Below, piece by piece: positions 8,409 through 17,544 of a stretch of DNA of 62,417 bases. Position 1 is the first letter of the stretch; the number at the start of each line of letters is the position of its first letter. Source of the stretch: an uncultured bacterium (lineage in GTDB: Bacteria; Armatimonadota; Hebobacteria; CAYNSX01); the NCBI GenBank assembly GCA_964400165.1, contig CAYNSX010000009.1:1-62417 (forward strand). The letters are read 5' to 3'. The notes beneath the pieces are model-generated. The model ran no database searches, was not told the DNA's origin, and was given only the letters and a program-made list of their open reading frames with translations. The position numbers were made by a program, and so were the translations under genes.

Positions 8409-9713
8409 TCAGGCGGGCTGGGATCCCCGGCGGTCCGAGGCCCGGCGGTCTCCCGTGCGGCGGGTGGGCGCCAACTTGGCAACTTCCGCGACGGCGTCGA
8501 TGGCGCCGCGCGCCGCCTGCAGCAAGCCCCGGGCGCTGCGACTGTCATACGGGAAGACGGCGAAGCCGATGCGCACCTGGAACCGCCCGGGGAACAGCCG
8601 CCCCGTCCGGTCGGCAATGCGCTCGCTCAACACCCGGGCCTCGCGGCCCGTGTGCGGCAGGAGCAGGGCGAAGCTGCCGCCCTCCAGGCGGGCGATGATG
8701 TCGGGTTGACGCACCTGGCGCCGCAGCGCCTGCGCCAATTGCCGTAAATCGTCGTCCGCCGGGCAGCCCCCCGCCGGCGGCGTGAACTGCACCGCCAGCA
8801 CCGCGAAGTGCTGCGGATAGCGGGTCGCCCGCTCGACTTCCTCTTCCAGGCGCGCCGAATAATAGGCCGCCGTCGGCAGTGTCGTCACCGGGTCCGGCTC
8901 GAGCGCCTCGTCGGTGACATGGCGCGTCAGCGCCTCCGATTCCGGCGGCGCCGCCAGGAAGTGCTGGCGCAGCTTCGCCAGCGCCCCGCGTAGCAAATAG
9001 GAGGCGTAGTTGACTGAAATGCCGAGCCGCCGTGCGATTTCCGACTGGTTCAGATCGAGGAAGAAGAAGTATTGCAGCACCTGGCGTTCTAGGTCCTTCA
9101 ACTTCGTCATCGTGTGCTCGAGCATCATCCGGTCTTCGAGTGGCAGCCGGAATTCCTTGAGCGCTTTGTCGAAGACCTTGTCTTCATCAATGTGATGGCT
9201 GTCATCGTCGCCTTCGACGACTTCGAGCGGCACCACCCAGCTCAATTCCTGCGCCCGCAGGATGTCGGCGACCGTGTTCTCGGGCAGTTTTGCGGCCTTG
9301 GCCAGTTCGCTGACCAGCGGCTCGCGGCCTAGTTGCTGGGTCAGGATCTCGTGCGCCTTGCGCAGCTTGCTGGTCGCCTCCTGCACCCAGGCGGGCTGGC
9401 GAATGAGGCGTCCCTTGTCGCGCAGGTAATGCTGGATGTGGCCGGAGATGAGATGCGTCGCGTAGGTGGTGAATTTGACGCCGCGCTTGGGGTCGAACAT
9501 ATCCACGGCGTTGATCAGGCCGATTGTGCCCTCTTGCACCAGGTCGTCCACCGGCTCGCCGACGCTGACATAGCGCCGCGCCACCGCCCGCACCAGGTCC
9601 CGGTGCTTGGCGATGAGCGCCTCGCGCAACTCCGGCGTGCGCTGTCGCACATATTGCTCGAAGAGCGGCACGATCTCATCGCCGCCCGTCGGCCGTGGCT
9701 GCAACATCCCCAT
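8409..9713 (-). CDS. SigB/SigF/SigG-subfamily sigma-70 factor fused to a C-terminal degenerate GGDEF domain
   Basis: Region 2 DDLVQEGTIGLINAVDMFDPKRGVKFTTYA...HYLRDK; region 3 LTQQLGREPLVSELA; region 4 LNQSEIARRLGISVNYAS. These are followed by DPVTTLP..RLEEEVERATRY..FAVL..RQPDIIARLEGGSFALLLP..RIGFAVFP, a GGDEF-type domain with an EGGSF active site. Confidence 0.88.
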   Translation of the reverse strand: MGMLQPRPTGGDEIVPLFEQYVRQRTPELREALIAKHRDLVRAVARRYVSVGEPVDDLVQEGTIGLINAVDMFDPKRGVKFTTYATHLISGHIQHYLRDKGRLIRQPAWVQEATSKLRKAHEILTQQLGREPLVSELAKAAKLPENTVADILRAQELSWVVPLEVVEGDDDSHHIDEDKVFDKALKEFRLPLEDRMMLEHTMTKLKDLERQVLQYFFFLDLNQSEIARRLGISVNYASYLLRGALAKLRQHFLAAPPESEALTRHVTDEALEPDPVTTLPTAAYYSARLEEEVERATRYPQHFAVLAVQFTPPAGGCPADDDLRQLAQALRRQVRQPDIIARLEGGSFALLLPHTGREARVLSERIADRTGRLFPGRFQVRIGFAVFPYDSRSARGLLQAARGAIDAVAEVAKLAPTRRTGDRRASDRRGSQPA

Positions 9714-9750
9714 TGCTGCCCTCCGTCCCCCGGAAGGGTGTCGCCGGCGC

Positions 9751-10968
9751 TTAGCCCTCGGCGCCGATCGACCCCACCAGGGAGTAAATCGGGCTGATCA
9801 CGGAAATCGCCACGAACGCCACGATGGCGCCGACGCCGATGATCATCAGCGGTTCGATCAACGAGGTCAGCCCCTTGAGCGTGGAGTCCACTTCGCGCTC
9901 GTAGAAGTCCGACACCTTCGACAGCATGAAGTCGAGCCGGCCGGTTTCCTCGCCGACGGCCATCATTTGCGTCACCATCGGCGGGAAGATGCCCGAGTTC
10001 ATCAGCGGGGTGCTCAACCGGTCGCCTTCCTTGACGCTGCGCAACGCTCCCTGCACCGCTTTCGCCACGATGCGGTTGCCCAGCGTCTCCATCACGATTT
10101 CCATCGACCGCAGGATCGGCACGCCGCTGCTGATGAGCGTGCTGAAGGTGCGCGAAAACCGTGAAATGGAGAGTTTCAACATCATGTCGCCGAACACGGG
10201 CACTTTCAGTTTCAGCCCGTCAATCGTGTCGGCGCCCTTCTCCGTCCGGGAGAAGATGATGTAGCCGGTCACGAGCACCGCGATCGCCATCAGCGGCGCA
10301 TACCAATGGTCGCGCGTCCAGGTCGACCCGTCCACCATGACGCGGGTGGACAGCGGCAGTTTCAGGTTCATCGAGTCGAAAATCATCTTGAAGTTCGGCA
10401 GAATGAACAGCACCAGCCCGGTCAGCACCAGCATCGCAAACCCGAAGACCAGCACCGGGTACATCATCGCCGACTTCACCTTCGACTTCAGTTCGTGCTC
10501 GTTCTCGAGGTAGACCGACAGCCGGTCCATCACCTCGTCGAGCACCCCGCCCGCTTCCGCGGCGCGGATCATGCTCAAATACAGCCCGCTGAACACCTTC
10601 GGGTGGCGCGACATCCCGTCGCCGAGACTCAAGCCGGACGAGACATCCGACTTGATCTCCGTCACCACCTCGCGCATCGTCGGGTCTTTCAGCTGCTGGC
10701 GCAGAATGTCGAGCGACTTCCCGACGCTCAAGCCGGCATTGATCATCGCCGAGAATTGGCGGGAGAAGAGCGCCAGTTCCTTGAGCTTGACGCGGCGGAA
10801 CCGCTGGAAAAAATTGAATGCCGTCGTCGGGCGCGTCTCGTGGATGTCCACCACGACATAGTGCAGCGACGCAAGCCGGGTGCGGATCGCTTCCACGCTG
10901 TCCGCTTCCAGCCGCCCGCGAATCGATGCACCCGACGCATCCAGGGCCTCATATTGATAAAAAGGCAT
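9751..10968 (-). CDS. pilC: Type IV pilus inner-membrane platform protein
   Basis: LALFSRQFSAMINAG, AAEAGGVLDEV, KSAMMYP, FSRTFSTLISSGVPIL, VGEETGRLD, LIEP: two GspF repeats. Confidence 0.95.
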   Translation of the reverse strand: MPFYQYEALDASGASIRGRLEADSVEAIRTRLASLHYVVVDIHETRPTTAFNFFQRFRRVKLKELALFSRQFSAMINAGLSVGKSLDILRQQLKDPTMREVVTEIKSDVSSGLSLGDGMSRHPKVFSGLYLSMIRAAEAGGVLDEVMDRLSVYLENEHELKSKVKSAMMYPVLVFGFAMLVLTGLVLFILPNFKMIFDSMNLKLPLSTRVMVDGSTWTRDHWYAPLMAIAVLVTGYIIFSRTEKGADTIDGLKLKVPVFGDMMLKLSISRFSRTFSTLISSGVPILRSMEIVMETLGNRIVAKAVQGALRSVKEGDRLSTPLMNSGIFPPMVTQMMAVGEETGRLDFMLSKVSDFYEREVDSTLKGLTSLIEPLMIIGVGAIVAFVAISVISPIYSLVGSIGAEG

Positions 10969-10989
10969 AGGTCTCCGTCCTCTCCCGCG

Positions 10990-12117
10990 TCAATTCCGCC
11001 GTGACAGGCGCTTGAAATAGTCCGGGTCGAGACAGTGGTGCAGCGCATCCTCGTAGGAGACGGCGCCGCGGGCCTGCAATTCGGCCAGCGTCACATCCAT
11101 CAACACCATCCCCTCCTGCGCGCTGGTCTCGATCACCGAATAAATCTGCCGGGTCTTGCCTTCCCGGATCAGGTTCCGCACCGCCGAGTTGCAGATCATG
11201 ATTTCGTAGGCCGGCACTCGCCCCGGCGTCCCGTAGCGCGGCAGCAATTGCTGCGACACCACCGCCTCGAGCGTGGACGCCAGTTGGATGCGGATCTGCT
11301 CCTGCTGGTGCGGCGGGAAGACATCGATGATGCGGTCGATCGATTGCGGGGCGCTGCGCGTGTGCAGCGTGGCGAACACCAAGTGGCCCGTCTCCGCCAC
11401 CGTCAGCGCCGCCTGGATGGTCTCCAGGTCGCGCATCTCGCCGACCAGGATGACATCCGGGTCCTCGCGCAAGACGGCCCGCAGCGCGGCGCTGAAGGCG
11501 AAGGTGTCGCTGCCCAGTTCGCGCTGATTCACCATGCTCTGTTTGTGCATGTGCAGGTACTCGATCGGGTCCTCAATGGTCATGATGTGGCAGCGCCGCG
11601 TCGTGTTCACCACATCGACCATGCTCGCCAGCGAGGTGGACTTGCCCGCGCCCGTCGGTCCCGTCACCAGGATCAGGCCGGAGCCGCGCGTGCACATCCG
11701 CCGCAGCGTCGCCGCCGGCAGGCCGAGGTCCTCGAGGGACGGAATCTTGCTGGGAATGACCCGGAAGGCCACCCCGATCGCCCCGCGCTGGATGTACGAA
11801 TTCACGCGGAACCGCCCGATGCCCCGCACCCCATACGAAAAGTCGAGTTCATGCTCGGACTCGAACCGCGTAATCTGGCGGTCGGTCAAAATCTGGTACA
11901 GCATCGTCTGCGTGTCCATCGGGTCGAGCACCGGATACTGGTCGAGCGGCCGCAGTGTCCCGTCCACCCGGATCATCGGGGGCAGGCCGGCGGTCAGGTG
12001 CAAGTCCGACGACTTCCGCTCGATCGCGTGGATCAGCAGTTCGTCGGTGCCGTGGCCGAAGGGGACCTTCGAGCCCCTGACATGGGCGCCGTCGTCAGTC
12101 ACCGGTATGAATGACAC
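10990..12117 (-). CDS. pilT: Type IV pilus retraction ATPase
   Basis: SDLHL, GPTGAGKSTSLA, TIEDPIEY, LREDPDVILVGEMRDLET, AETGHLVFATLHT, and AVRNLIRE (the PilT AIRNLIRE motif). Confidence 0.95.
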   Translation of the reverse strand: MSFIPVTDDGAHVRGSKVPFGHGTDELLIHAIERKSSDLHLTAGLPPMIRVDGTLRPLDQYPVLDPMDTQTMLYQILTDRQITRFESEHELDFSYGVRGIGRFRVNSYIQRGAIGVAFRVIPSKIPSLEDLGLPAATLRRMCTRGSGLILVTGPTGAGKSTSLASMVDVVNTTRRCHIMTIEDPIEYLHMHKQSMVNQRELGSDTFAFSAALRAVLREDPDVILVGEMRDLETIQAALTVAETGHLVFATLHTRSAPQSIDRIIDVFPPHQQEQIRIQLASTLEAVVSQQLLPRYGTPGRVPAYEIMICNSAVRNLIREGKTRQIYSVIETSAQEGMVLMDVTLAELQARGAVSYEDALHHCLDPDYFKRLSRRN

Positions 12118-13825
12118 GCAGCGCCTCCTCCATTGTGGTCACGCCTTCCAACACTTTGTGCATCGCGTCGCCCCGCAGCGGCACCATCCCCTCCAGGCGC
12201 GCCGCCTCGGACAGCTCGTGCGCCCCCGCCCGGCCCAGAATCAACTGCCGGATGGTGTCCGTCACCACCATCAGTTCGAACACGCCGATGCGCCCCTTGT
12301 AGCCCGTCTGCCCGCAGTTCTTGCAGCCCTTGCCGCGGTAGAAGCGCACATTGTCGCCCCCCACCGCGATGCCCAGCCGCTCATAGGCCTCGCGCGGCGG
12401 CTCGTACTCTTCCTTGCATTCCGTGCAAATCACGCGCACCAGCCGTTGGGCCAGCACGCCCGCCAGTGTTGAGGCCACCAGGAACGGCTCGACGCCCATT
12501 TCCATCAGGCGCGTCGCCGCCGTCGGGGCGTCGTTGGTGTGCAGCGTCGAGAACACCAAGTGCCCCGTCAGCGCCGCCTCGATGGCGATTTTCGCTGTTT
12601 CCTGGTCTCGCATCTCGCCCACCAGAATGATGTTGGGGTCCTGCCGCAGCATCGTCCGCAGCGCCGAGGCGAAGGTCACCTGGGCGCGCGGGTTCACCTG
12701 CCCTTGCGTCAGGCCTGCCAATTGATATTCCACCGGGTCCTCAATCGTGAGGATATTTTTTTCCGGACTGTTAATCTGCCGTAGCACCGAATAGAGCGTT
12801 GTCGTCTTGCCCGACCCCGTCGGCCCGGTCACCAGCACGATGCCGTGCGGCCGGTGATAGAGCCGCTCGAACTCCTCGAGCAGCGCCCCGGTGATCCCCA
12901 CCTGGTGCAGCCCGCGGTTCAGTCCCCGCTTGTCGAGCACGCGCAAGACGATTTTCTCGCCGTTCGACCCCGGATACGACGACACCCGGAAGTCGTACTC
13001 GCGCCCGCGGAACCGGAGACTGATGCGCCCGTCCTGCGGCGCCCGCTTCTCTGAAATATCCATGTCCGCCATCAATTTCACGCGGGAGAGCAGCGCCGAC
13101 TGCACCTGCTTCGGCACTGTCATCTTGTCATGCAGGATGCCGTCCACGCGCATCCGCACCCGCAGTTGTTTCTCTTCCGGCTGCAGGTGGATGTCGCTGG
13201 CGCTGTCTTGGATGGCCTGCTGCACGATCAGGTTGACCAGCTTGATGACCGGCGCCTGGTCCATCATCTCGCGCAGCGCGTCGAGGTCGGTCTCATCGTC
13301 GGTCGATGTGTTCACCAGGAAGTCCTGGTCGCCGACATCCATCTGGTCGGTCACCTGCTTCAGGGTCTTGGTGATTTCCTCGCCGCCGCCGAACAGCAGC
13401 GCCGGGATGGCCTGGTTCAGGTCGTCTTCGGTCGCCATCGCCGGCTCGATGTCAAAGCCCGTCACCAGCCGCAGTTGGTCGATGGCGAAGATGTCCAGGG
13501 GATTGCTCATCGCCACGCTCAAGCGCTTGCCCGACTGCCCCAGGGGCACGACGCGCAGGCGCTGCAACAGGTCGGGGGGGATGAGCCGCACCGCCTCGGG
13601 CGGAATGTCCGTCACCTTGATGTGGACGAACGGGACCCCCCAGTGCCGGGCGAGGCACTGGGCCCGCTGTTCCGCCGTGAGCACACCCATATTGACCAGC
13701 ACTTCGGGCAGCGGCTCGTGCGTGCTCCGGTGCACCTCGAGCGCGTGCTCGAGGTCGCGGTCGGAAATCCCCGCGACCTCGCGCAGCGTGTCAATCAATG
13801 ATTGAGAATGGGCTGCTGTAGCCAT
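12095..13825 (-). CDS. pilB: Type IV pilus assembly ATPase PilB/GspE with a degenerate MshEN-like N-terminus
   Basis: ASDIHL, EKRAPQDGR, GPTGSGKTTTLY, LRQDPNIILVGEMRDQET, a tetracysteine motif CTEC...CKNC, and GYKGRIG. Confidence 0.95.
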   Translation of the reverse strand: MATAAHSQSLIDTLREVAGISDRDLEHALEVHRSTHEPLPEVLVNMGVLTAEQRAQCLARHWGVPFVHIKVTDIPPEAVRLIPPDLLQRLRVVPLGQSGKRLSVAMSNPLDIFAIDQLRLVTGFDIEPAMATEDDLNQAIPALLFGGGEEITKTLKQVTDQMDVGDQDFLVNTSTDDETDLDALREMMDQAPVIKLVNLIVQQAIQDSASDIHLQPEEKQLRVRMRVDGILHDKMTVPKQVQSALLSRVKLMADMDISEKRAPQDGRISLRFRGREYDFRVSSYPGSNGEKIVLRVLDKRGLNRGLHQVGITGALLEEFERLYHRPHGIVLVTGPTGSGKTTTLYSVLRQINSPEKNILTIEDPVEYQLAGLTQGQVNPRAQVTFASALRTMLRQDPNIILVGEMRDQETAKIAIEAALTGHLVFSTLHTNDAPTAATRLMEMGVEPFLVASTLAGVLAQRLVRVICTECKEEYEPPREAYERLGIAVGGDNVRFYRGKGCKNCGQTGYKGRIGVFELMVVTDTIRQLILGRAGAHELSEAARLEGMVPLRGDAMHKVLEGVTTMEEALRVIHTGD

Positions 13826-13861
13826 ACCCGCCCTCGGACTCGCCCATCCGGTTGGTTGTCG

Positions 13862-15577
13862 TTACTTCCCGCCGGTCGATGGGATGATCGGCACCGCGGG
13901 CACCACCGGGGCCACGCCCTTCCGGTCGGCGGCCTTGACGATCTGCACGGAGATGAAAATGGTCACCTCGGTGCTGCTCTTCGTCTTCGACTTGTGGGAG
14001 AAGAGCAAGTCGCCGATCAGCGGCAGGTCGCCCAGCAACGGCACGCTCCGGCGGACATTCTGAATGTCCTCACGGCGCAAGCCGCCGAGCACAATCGTGT
14101 CGCCGCTGCGCACCCGCACCGTCGTCAGTGCTCGGCGCTCCCGGATCGACGGGAATTGCGACGAGAAGGCCGATGGCGACGCGCTGCTCACGACGGGCTG
14201 CAGCGTCATCGTCACTTCGTCGTCGCCGGTGATCTTGCCGTTCACCAGCAGCGTCACCCCGATCGGGAACGCCACCGCCTGTTGGAACACGGCCGTCTGC
14301 GTCGACGTCAACAGGGTGAAGAACTCCGTCGCCCCGGCGTGGATGATGGCCTCGCGGCCGTCCAGCGTCAGGATGGTCGGGTCGGCCAGAATCTGCGAGT
14401 CCGTCCGCGACAGCATCGCGCTCAAGCTCACGGGCGTGCTGGCACTGGTGCGGCCAATGACGCCCACCGACAGACTCCCACGCGACGGGAACGATGCGGA
14501 CGGGTCAGACGGGTCCGACACGCTGCCGCCCGTCCCCTCCGCCGGCAGCAATTCGCCGATGATGGTGCCGACGCTGTCGAGGTTCCAGTCGATGCCGGCC
14601 CGGCTGTTGTTGCCGATATTGGTTTCAACCACAGTGGCCTTGTAGAGCAACAGAAGCGGCGCCACATCCAGCTGCTTGCAGAGGGCCACCGCTCGCGTCA
14701 CCGTCGGCGTCGGGCCCGACAGGATCAGGCCCATAATCGGCGCTGCCTCGTATTCCGGGGACTTGTCGCCAATCTGGTGGCCTTCCGTCGCCGGGCTCTT
14801 CAGGAAGTTGCCCAAGCCCGGCACGCCGCCGCCACCGCCGCCACCGCCGCCACCGAGGGCGCCGCCGCCACCACCACCGCCACCCTTGCCCGGCGACATC
14901 AATTGCGGGGTCAGGGAACGCGGACCGAGCGTGATCTTCAAGTCCTCGCCGAACATCGCGGCGAGCGTTGCCTGTAACTCATACGGGTCGAGATACTGTT
15001 GTTCGTAAAACACCACCTTCGCCGCGCCGGCGCTCGGCGCCGCGTCGGCCACCTTGATGAAGGCGATCGCACGCGTCACCACGGCCGGGTCGCCGCGCAG
15101 CACCAGGCCGGCGCCCGTCGAAGTGACTTCGGTGTGCAGGCCGGGGAAGTTCTCCTGGAGCGACTGCGCCAGGTCCTCCGGCGAGGAATACTGCACATTC
15201 ACGACCTCGACGGCCACCTTGGACACGATGGCCTGCACTTCCTGCGGCGTCCCGACGACATAGACATTCTGATACAGGGCGTAGTCGAAGCCCCGGAAGC
15301 GCACGATCATGTCGAGCGCTTGTTCGAGGCTGACCTGTCGCAGTCGCAGCGTGACCGTTCCGGTGACGCTGTTGCTGACGGCGATGTCCACGCCTGTCTG
15401 CGTCGCCAGCGCCTGCAGCACATCCACGATGTTGGCTTCCACGAAGTCCAGCGTGACGCGGCCGGCCGGCGCTGCCGGGGCCGTGCCCACGACGGTCGCC
15501 AGCAAGCACGCGACCAAGCCCGCACGGAACACCATGCGGGCGCGGGTCACTTGTGACCAGACCCGTCCAGTTCTCAT
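13862..15577 (-). CDS. pilQ: Outer-membrane secretin (PilQ/GspD family)
   Basis: Signal peptide, STN-like N-domain (VTLDFVEANIVDVL...GTVTLRL), secretin core (ILADPTILTLDGREA, VRSGDTIVLGGL, VPLLGDLPLIGDLLF). The start is approximate. Confidence 0.88.
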   Translation of the reverse strand: MRTGRVWSQVTRARMVFRAGLVACLLATVVGTAPAAPAGRVTLDFVEANIVDVLQALATQTGVDIAVSNSVTGTVTLRLRQVSLEQALDMIVRFRGFDYALYQNVYVVGTPQEVQAIVSKVAVEVVNVQYSSPEDLAQSLQENFPGLHTEVTSTGAGLVLRGDPAVVTRAIAFIKVADAAPSAGAAKVVFYEQQYLDPYELQATLAAMFGEDLKITLGPRSLTPQLMSPGKGGGGGGGGALGGGGGGGGGGVPGLGNFLKSPATEGHQIGDKSPEYEAAPIMGLILSGPTPTVTRAVALCKQLDVAPLLLLYKATVVETNIGNNSRAGIDWNLDSVGTIIGELLPAEGTGGSVSDPSDPSASFPSRGSLSVGVIGRTSASTPVSLSAMLSRTDSQILADPTILTLDGREAIIHAGATEFFTLLTSTQTAVFQQAVAFPIGVTLLVNGKITGDDEVTMTLQPVVSSASPSAFSSQFPSIRERRALTTVRVRSGDTIVLGGLRREDIQNVRRSVPLLGDLPLIGDLLFSHKSKTKSSTEVTIFISVQIVKAADRKGVAPVVPAVPIIPSTGGK

Positions 15578-16173
15578 TTGGCTCCTCCCAGGGTGAGGGC
15601 AATCTGCTCGGACCCGTTCGTCAGAACGCATTGGCCCGAGTCAATCGACACGACGAGATACTGATCGCCGATCCAATCCCCGCGCTGGACAATCACGCGC
15701 TGTCCGCCGAAAGAAATCAGCGCCAGCGGCGGGTCGCCCAGCAGCGTGCCGGTCAAGACCGGCACCGCCGGGGTCTTGGCGGGTTTCGAATTCGCAGTCA
15801 ACGCGGGCGCCCCGCCGGGCGTGGTGCCCGGCGTGCTGCCCCACGGCGCCACCGACGGGAAGTCCCACGCCGGCGCCGGGGCCGTCGAACGCGACGGCGC
15901 GGGCGCGGTGCGTCCGCCTGCCAGGCGCAGCGGTACGGTCACCGAGAACGGATCGCGGGCCACCGTCGGTTGCGGCCCGGTCGTCATCCAGTCGAACTTC
16001 TTCCCGGCGGGCTCGTCCGCGGGCGTCGCGTCCGGCTTGGCCTTCACCGCCGTCTTGGTTGCGGCCTTCTTGGGGTGGCCGAACAGCGACGGGCCGAGCG
16101 TCATCGCGCCCAGTGCCCCCAGGCCCACCACTACGACCGACAGCACGATGATGTCGCGCTTGCGCTTGGCCAT
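15574..16173 (-). CDS. PilP-position protein (N-terminal TM anchor, RDPF motif, small C-terminal beta domain)
   Basis: Lies between pilO and the secretin. RDPF and LTGTLLGDPPLALI..IVQRGDWIG resemble the PilP/GspC HR domain. Confidence 0.65.
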   Translation of the reverse strand: MAKRKRDIIVLSVVVVGLGALGAMTLGPSLFGHPKKAATKTAVKAKPDATPADEPAGKKFDWMTTGPQPTVARDPFSVTVPLRLAGGRTAPAPSRSTAPAPAWDFPSVAPWGSTPGTTPGGAPALTANSKPAKTPAVPVLTGTLLGDPPLALISFGGQRVIVQRGDWIGDQYLVVSIDSGQCVLTNGSEQIALTLGGAK

Positions 16174-16174
16174 G

Positions 16175-16972
16175 TTAGGAACCTCCCTCCGCGTCCGTCT
16201 TGCGGGATGCCGGCCGGCGCGTCTGCGCGCCGGAGGCGGGCGACGCCTTCGCGGACGACGGGGCGGCCGGCGCGGCGCTGTCCGCCGCGTCGAGGTCCGG
16301 AATCGGCTTCAGAATCAGCGCCACCGCGTCCAGCGTCACCAGCAATTTCGGCTTCTCGCCGTATTCGACCGCCACCGGCGGGCGCGCCGCGATCTCATTG
16401 ATCGCGATCATCTTCGGGAACTGCGTCAGCCGGTCGAGGAACTTCTGAATCGTGTGATAGTCGCCCAGGATGCTGATCTGCAGCGCCAGGACATCGTAGT
16501 ATTTCTTCGCTTTCTCGAGGGACTTCTGTTCCGCCTCCGAAACCGACGGCGCGTCTTTCGGCGCCGCCAGCCCCTTCGAGTCTGCCATCGCTTCGGCGCC
16601 CGTCGAGGCCGCCTTCGGCCTGGTCGACACGCGCGCCGGGCGCGGGCGGATGCCGTCGATCACATTGCCGGTCTCGATCGCAATCTTCTCGATCTGCTGC
16701 AAGAAGGTCGGCACATATTCCGCCGTCGGCAGTGCCGGCTCGAGGATGGCCAGCCGCGATTTCAGCTGTCCGAACTCGTCCGTCATCCCCGGCAGTTGCG
16801 CCACCTTGTCCTGCAGGGTGTGCAGTTCATCGGACTTGGTGGTCAGTTCCGTGTCGAGTTTCGCCAATTCGTGGGATTTCGACTGGTAGATCCACCAGCC
16901 GCCCCCGGCGATCGCCAGAAAGGCCGCGGCCGCGCAGAGATAGAAGATCGAGTGCGTGCGATGGCTGCTCAT
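16175..16972 (-). CDS. pilO: Type IV pilus alignment protein PilO
   Basis: From ATG 16972: TM helix, coiled coil, LPTAEYVPTFLQQIE, GDYHTIQKFLDRLTQFPKMIAI. Synteny with pilM and pilN. Confidence 0.85.
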   Translation of the reverse strand: MSSHRTHSIFYLCAAAAFLAIAGGGWWIYQSKSHELAKLDTELTTKSDELHTLQDKVAQLPGMTDEFGQLKSRLAILEPALPTAEYVPTFLQQIEKIAIETGNVIDGIRPRPARVSTRPKAASTGAEAMADSKGLAAPKDAPSVSEAEQKSLEKAKKYYDVLALQISILGDYHTIQKFLDRLTQFPKMIAINEIAARPPVAVEYGEKPKLLVTLDAVALILKPIPDLDAADSAAPAAPSSAKASPASGAQTRRPASRKTDAEGGS

Positions 16973-17544
16973 TCCAGGAAGCTCCCAACCGGGGCGGCCA
17001 GCGAGAGGTTGATTTCGTACTCCATCACCTCCGTGCCCCCGAGTGTCTTGCGCCGGGTGAAGGACAGGTCGGGCATCTTCACCCACGGCTGGTCGGCCAG
17101 CGCCAGCATGTAATCGCCGACGCTGCGCTGCGTCAGCGCCACGCCGGCCACCGTAATCGTGTGGTCCTTGTCGCGGCGCTTCGAGGCAAACCGGGTCAGC
17201 CAGGCGTCGCCCGGGATCGCCTGCCCCAGGTCATGCGCCACCAGCAGCCAGGCGAACTCGCTGCTGTGCACGCGCTCCAGCAATTGCACGCGCGGCCGCA
17301 GATTCGTCAGCTGCGACTCGAGCGTGTAGTAGTGGTCGAGTTGCTGCCGCAATTCGGGGTTGTCCAGTTCGGCGTCGACCTCGGCGATGCGACCGCGCAG
17401 CATCAGCGCGTTCACCGTCATCGTGCCGAACATGGCGCCGACGCCGACGATCAGCCCGATCAGACTGTAAATCGTCACCCGGCGCATCCGCCGGCCGCGC
17501 ATCTTGCGCGCGCGCTGGTCGGCGATCAGGTTGATGTCAAACAT
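16969..17544 (-). CDS. pilN: Type IV pilus alignment protein PilN
   Basis: N-terminal INL(I) PilM-binding motif, TM helix, coiled coil, and AIPGDAWLT. Confidence 0.87.
   Translation of the reverse strand: MFDINLIADQRARKMRGRRMRRVTIYSLIGLIVGVGAMFGTMTVNALMLRGRIAEVDAELDNPELRQQLDHYYTLESQLTNLRPRVQLLERVHSSEFAWLLVAHDLGQAIPGDAWLTRFASKRRDKDHTITVAGVALTQRSVGDYMLALADQPWVKMPDLSFTRRKTLGGTEVMEYEINLSLAAPVGSFLE

Noticed and set aside
8409..8900. Active diguanylate cyclase
   Set aside because: The signature is EGGSF rather than GG(D/E)EF, and the DxDxFKxxND metal/substrate motif is missing.
7274..15577. Stand-alone type II secretion system
   Set aside because: Despite the GspG-like pilins, PilT with AVRNLIRE and PilM/N/O indicate a type IVa pilus-type machine.
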